DNA from: Peribolospora baueri
Lineage: Eukaryota
Reading direction: 5' to 3'
DNA length: 64,000 nucleotides
Assembly: GCA_029717555.1 (NCBI GenBank)
Contig: JAMDHS010000099.1
Location: 1-64,000, forward strand
Positions within the stretch are counted from its first letter, which is position 1, and the number at the start of each line of letters is the position of its first letter. Below the pieces are notes generated by a model. That model was not told the DNA's origin. It was given only the letters and a program-made list of their open reading frames with translations, and searched no databases. The translations under genes were made by a program, and so were the position numbers. Positions 61,883-64,000 of this stretch are shown here, piece by piece.

Positions 61883-64000
61883 TCATCGACGATGCCGGCT
61901 CTCCACGCCCGTTCCCCCAGCCGCGGTGGCCGGACCGCCGCGGGAGCGCCGGAGCTCGTCGTCGTCCAGGCCTGCTTCGCTCTGGATGCGCTCGATCTCC
62001 TCCAGGAGGGGCTTGTAATCGTCTGAGGAGGACAAGGATGGATGGGTGAGAATGGACAGATGGATGGGGGGCGGACCGATGACCGGGCGGGCGACTCACT
62101 GTACCGCTCCTCGGCCAGGGCGAAGCCGTCCCTCCTCAAGAGCTTGCCCCTGTTGTCGCTCATGCCGTGCGCTTTCGCGGTCCAGTACGAGCGGGTGCGT
62201 TCGTAAAAGGCGCGTAGGCTCTCGCCCGGCGCGGGCGTCGATAGGACGTCTTCCTCCGACCGGGACAAGTCCTTGGAGACGCCTAGGAACGCCGTCGCGC
62301 GGCGGCGGAGATCGGCCTTGGCGGTGGTGGACGCGCCGAAAAAAAAAAAAAAAGCGAGAGTCGGTATCGTCGGCTGGGACGGACGGACACGGGCACGGAC
62401 ATGGAGCGACTTACCTTGGCCTCGGCGTCTCCGTCTTGTGCCGGTTGCGCCTCGGCGTCATCGTCCTTCTCCTCGCCGTCTGAACCGCTCGACTCGTCCG
62501 TCTTCTCCTCCTCGTCCTCCTCTCCTCGCCGCCTCCTCCGCTCGCCCCGCGGCTCGTCCGGTTCGCTCTCGTCTGCCCCGCCGCCGTCGTCGTCGTCCGA
62601 CGAGTCGTCGCCTTCCTCTTCGTCGCTCTCGTTCCACTCCAACTCGTCGATCCGACACTCCTTCAAGCACATGAACCGGTCCAGCTTGTCCAAGTTGAGC
62701 GTGTGGAACGAGTCGAGGGTGTACTCGCGCGTCGATGTCTCGAAGATGCCTCCGTAGCTGCCACCCGACGAACCCCGTCGCGAAAGGAAAAAGAAATTGG
62801 GAGCGTGAGATGAATGGGAGGAGAGGACGACGAGCGAGGGCACGCGGTATCGACTCACATGTAGAGCGTGTTCCGCTGCACGGCCAACATGGCGTTGTAT
62901 CGCTCCAGCGGAACCGTCTTCTGAGGATCGTCGGGGTCGTCGTCGTCGTCGTCGTCCGCCCGAGACGTCGGTAGGGCGATGGGAGAAGAAGAAGAAGAAG
63001 AAGACGGAGACGGCGACGACGGGCGCACGCCCTCGTCCTCGCCCTCGTCGTCGCCGTTGGCCTCTGCTCCTCGCAAAGGCCGGTCGTCGTCGTCGTCGGC
63101 GCTCGCGTCTTCCTCTTCTCCTTCTGCCCACATCCTTTCCTCCGCCTCCCTCTCCCTTCTTGCCCGCTCTCTCTCCGCAGCGGCGGCAGCGGCGGCTGCG
63201 GCCTTGAGCGCCTTCTTCTTCGCGCTCGGCGCGCCAGACTTTTTCTTTGGCTTTTTGAGGTTGAAGGAAATCCATCGGCCGGTGCCGATGAGGTTGTATC
63301 CGAACCTGCGGGGAAGAAAGGAAGATGAGCGGACGATGTTCTCTCGTGGCGCGTAAGAGAGGGGAGGAAAGAGACAAACAAATCTTTATAAAAGACGCTC
63401 TCGAGCGTCTCCTCGTCCTTTTCGTCGTCGTGTACGCCGCCAAAGAGGACGCCCATCGACTTTGCACTCCAGAGGGCCATCGTGCAGCCGGAGCGGAGGC
63501 TGTGGAGAGGGTGCGGGTGACGGATGGAGTGGAATGAAATCGAGCGGAGTGGAATGAAGTCGAATGGAGTAGAATGAAATCGAACAGAGTCGAATGAACG
63601 AACGGAGTCGAAAGAAATCGATCAGAGTCGAATGAAATCAAACGAGATGAGCGACACCGGCAAACAGCAAACGGCAAAAGTACACCATTTGACGGGTATC
63701 ACTCACGAAGGCGCATATCCAACCTTGCGCCTCTTAACCCACTCAATCTTTCCCACATCATTATCCATCTTCAAAAGCCAAGTGTCATCGAGGGCAACAC
63801 CTTTGGCTCTTTGACCTTTTACATAAATCTTGCAATAGCCGCCGTGCAAGACGATACCGTCTGGACAAGACAAAAAGGAGAAGCCGGATCGGGCTGTTGG
63901 ACGGGGACGGTGGTCGGTTTGCTTGATTTGGGTCCATTTGTACTCTGTTGTATCGAAGATCCAGAGGTCGTCGAGGTACGTTGCTGGGGAGGGGGGGAAC
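61883..64000 (-). CDS. KEL3: Kelch-repeat protein Kel3/KLHDC4-like with a DUF4110-like C-terminus; 5' part lies beyond the window
   Basis: YLDDLWIFDT, RSGFSF...GIVLHGGYCK, GVLFGGVHD, PLERYNAMLAVQRNTLY|YGGIFE and TPAPGESLRAFYERTRSYW...RRDGFALAEERY. Confidence 0.85.
63532..63639. repeat. Intronic minisatellite, about 5.5 copies of a 20-bp unit (GAATGAAATCGAACGGAGTC-like)
   Basis: gaatgaaatcgagcggagtg / gaatgaagtcgaatggagta / gaatgaaatcgaacagagtc / gaatgaacgaacggagtc / gaaagaaatcgatcagagtc / gaatgaaatc. Confidence 0.8.

Noticed and set aside
63532..63639. Regularly spaced repeats as a possible CRISPR-like array
   Set aside because: The units are contiguous and degenerate with no unique spacers, lie in a eukaryotic intron, and no cas genes are present.

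Overview
This is eukaryotic DNA: a GC-rich, intron-dense fungal genome. The histone H3 sequence, an Rrm4-type RRM/MLLE protein, a WW-Sec24 and the intron style suggest a basidiomycete, possibly Pucciniomycotina (inference). The six-frame ORFs are mostly exon fragments or antisense noise, so I rebuilt the genes by reading across GT..AG introns; exon boundaries are approximate. About 22 genes are visible, mostly housekeeping: SYG1-like SPX-EXS, a secreted aldose 1-epimerase, a KduD-like SDR, kinesin-10, a cytochrome P450, a UPF0653/CCDC137-like protein, mitoribosomal bL28, SOF1, histone H3, NMD3, SEC24, a DMA1-like FHA-RING protein, RPS3, Rrm4, HAP2/NF-YA, a TBC1D20-like GAP, JAC1, STN1-like and KEL3-like. 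Three accessory pockets lie between them. (1) 13.6-15.4 kb holds a 486-bp element with 55-bp terminal inverted repeats and a gag-like relic. (2) 28.9-30.4 kb is an internally deleted Ty1/Copia element with a perfect 5-bp target-site duplication, whose two LTRs both end in non-canonical AG...CT instead of TG...CA; it sits 165 bp upstream of NMD3. (3) 33.4-36.9 kb holds an N-lobe-only kinase pseudogene, a Copia RT relic, a small secreted Cys-containing protein and a hairpin-rich unexplained stretch. The AG...CT LTR element is the best-supported unusual feature. I recognised no CRISPR, rRNA or tRNA genes.
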